DNA of 64,000 bases from Haliotis cracherodii (taxonomy: Eukaryota), in contig NW_027266275.1 in the NCBI RefSeq assembly GCF_022045235.1, positions 73,718,001-73,782,000 on the forward strand. Reading direction: 5' to 3'. Shown here piece by piece: positions 62,708 to 64,000 of the stretch; within the stretch, counting starts at the first letter, position 1, and each line of letters begins with the position of its first letter. A program made the translations under genes and the position numbers. Under the pieces are notes generated by a model. It saw only the letters and a program-made list of their open reading frames with translations, did not search any database and was not told the DNA's origin.

Positions 62708-63259
62708 TAGGGCTGGGATGGGTAAGTCGACACTCGGGTCCGGTGGGTCCTGAGTACGACCAGGGTACCCACAGGACTAACTGGACCCGTGGTTAGTCAC
62801 GTGATATATTGTTTAATGACAAAAATTATCTAAAACTCTATGATTACACTACAAGTCACTAATGTTCGCATTTCTTTCTGACTATGCACGGGGCGGTCGG
62901 GTAGCCTAGTGGTTGAAGCGTTCGCTCGTCACGCCGAAGACCCGGGTTTGATTCCCGACATGGGTACAATGTGTGAAGCCCATTTCTGGTGTCCCCTCGC
63001 CGTGATATTGCTGGAATATTGCTAAAAGCGGCGTAAAACCATACACACACTCTGACTATGCACCCATTCCTTCTGACTTTTATATGTTTGAATAAAGAAA
63101 CAATTTTCAGTCAACTTAAGTGTATGCATGACCAGATCATTTTATTCCCAATCGGACAGTTTGTCGCTATCTCATGAGACCTACAATGGGTACCTGGGTA
63201 GGGACGGGTAAAAGGGGGGTGGGTACAGGGTTAGTAAATTTGGACTGGTCCCAGCCCTA
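62708..63259. mobile_element. hAT-like MITE (TAGGGCTGGG termini, ~8-bp TSD) containing a SINE
   Basis: tagggctggga / tcccagcccta; flanks attacagg / gttacagg (7/8). Confidence 0.75.
62890..63050 (+). mobile_element. SINE family A, 13-bp TSD
   Basis: TSD tctgactatgcac at 62877-62889 and 63051-63063. Confidence 0.93.
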
Positions 63260-64000
63260 GTTACAGGGTATTCTGTGTAAAGCTTCTGTTAACCAGAATG
63301 TCGTCCCTAAAGATGCTACGATGGATCCCTGATCGTTACATACTCATGTCGTGTTTCTTATAGATACATGCCGACCTGATGCTTGTTGGCTCTGAGTGTT
63401 GTAATGCATTGATATTTTGGTTAATCTTACAGCCCTATTTACTGACATTTTGTCTAGCAATGTGTCTAGTAGACCTGAGTATTTGTCAGACTTGGAGTAA
63501 TGACTCTAAGTCCATGCGTATTATCTCAATCTTGAATTAACCCATTAATGATCCCATTGCTAGAATTGGATAACACTTGTTTATACCAGCTTTGCTAAAA
63601 AGTTGGCCCAAGATTGGTATAGCAGCTGACTTGTTCCTTTTTATCTGGAGCAATGCCATTGATCTTCTGCTGTTCTTTGTACCTGTTGGTGTCTAGAGAG
63701 TGTCTCGGTGATAAGTGCAGTTGTTCAGGGATGATTTGGAAATGTCTCCATATGCATCTGCGTGTGACCTGAGTGCAGATTGATGCTATGTAACTGATAG
63801 TAATAACAAACATGGTATTAATACTTGGCAAGACTCCACTTTGTATTTATGGGCTGATTACTGAGTGAGTCTACGAACCAGCAAGTAGAAGAGTGTGTGG
63901 TGGACCCGTATCGGTGATGATGAAGTTGCTGTGGGACTGTGTGGCAGGATTATTACAGGACGGGGCATGTGACAGTGTGGAAAGATTGTGGTAAATGATA

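Overview
This is eukaryotic, repeat-rich invertebrate DNA. The tRNA-derived SINE families suggest a gastropod mollusc, probably abalone-like (inference). The left third holds the 3' half of a + strand TRPC-family cation channel gene. Eight exons (820-18784, one a 42-nt candidate microexon) splice in frame with GT-AG sites and encode S5, the LFW pore helix, S6, the EWKFAR TRP box, a coiled coil and a C-terminal PDZ ligand (DTKV). The most striking object is at 26885-30797: a 3.9-kb near-perfect palindrome (two 1,913-bp arms, 87-bp spacer) built from two inverted copies of the 3' end of an AcademX DNA transposon. It has TAG..CTA termini and a 3-bp TAT target-site duplication (TSD), carries an intact spliced XPG/PIN-type nuclease region and lacks the transposase. 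It inserted as a unit and would give a long hairpin RNA if transcribed, making it a candidate Mu-killer-like silencer. Other highlights: a 45-bp tandem repeat that appears to be an amplified in-frame splice donor of the TRPC gene; an RPL12 retrocopy with a twin-priming 5' inversion; a mariner pseudogene with nested insertions; two 9-bp-TSD AcademH-like MITEs; several LINE fragments; four SINE families; a decayed Penelope-type hammerhead motif; and many minisatellites, including a 6-kb 30-bp satellite with a 1,239-bp higher-order duplication.
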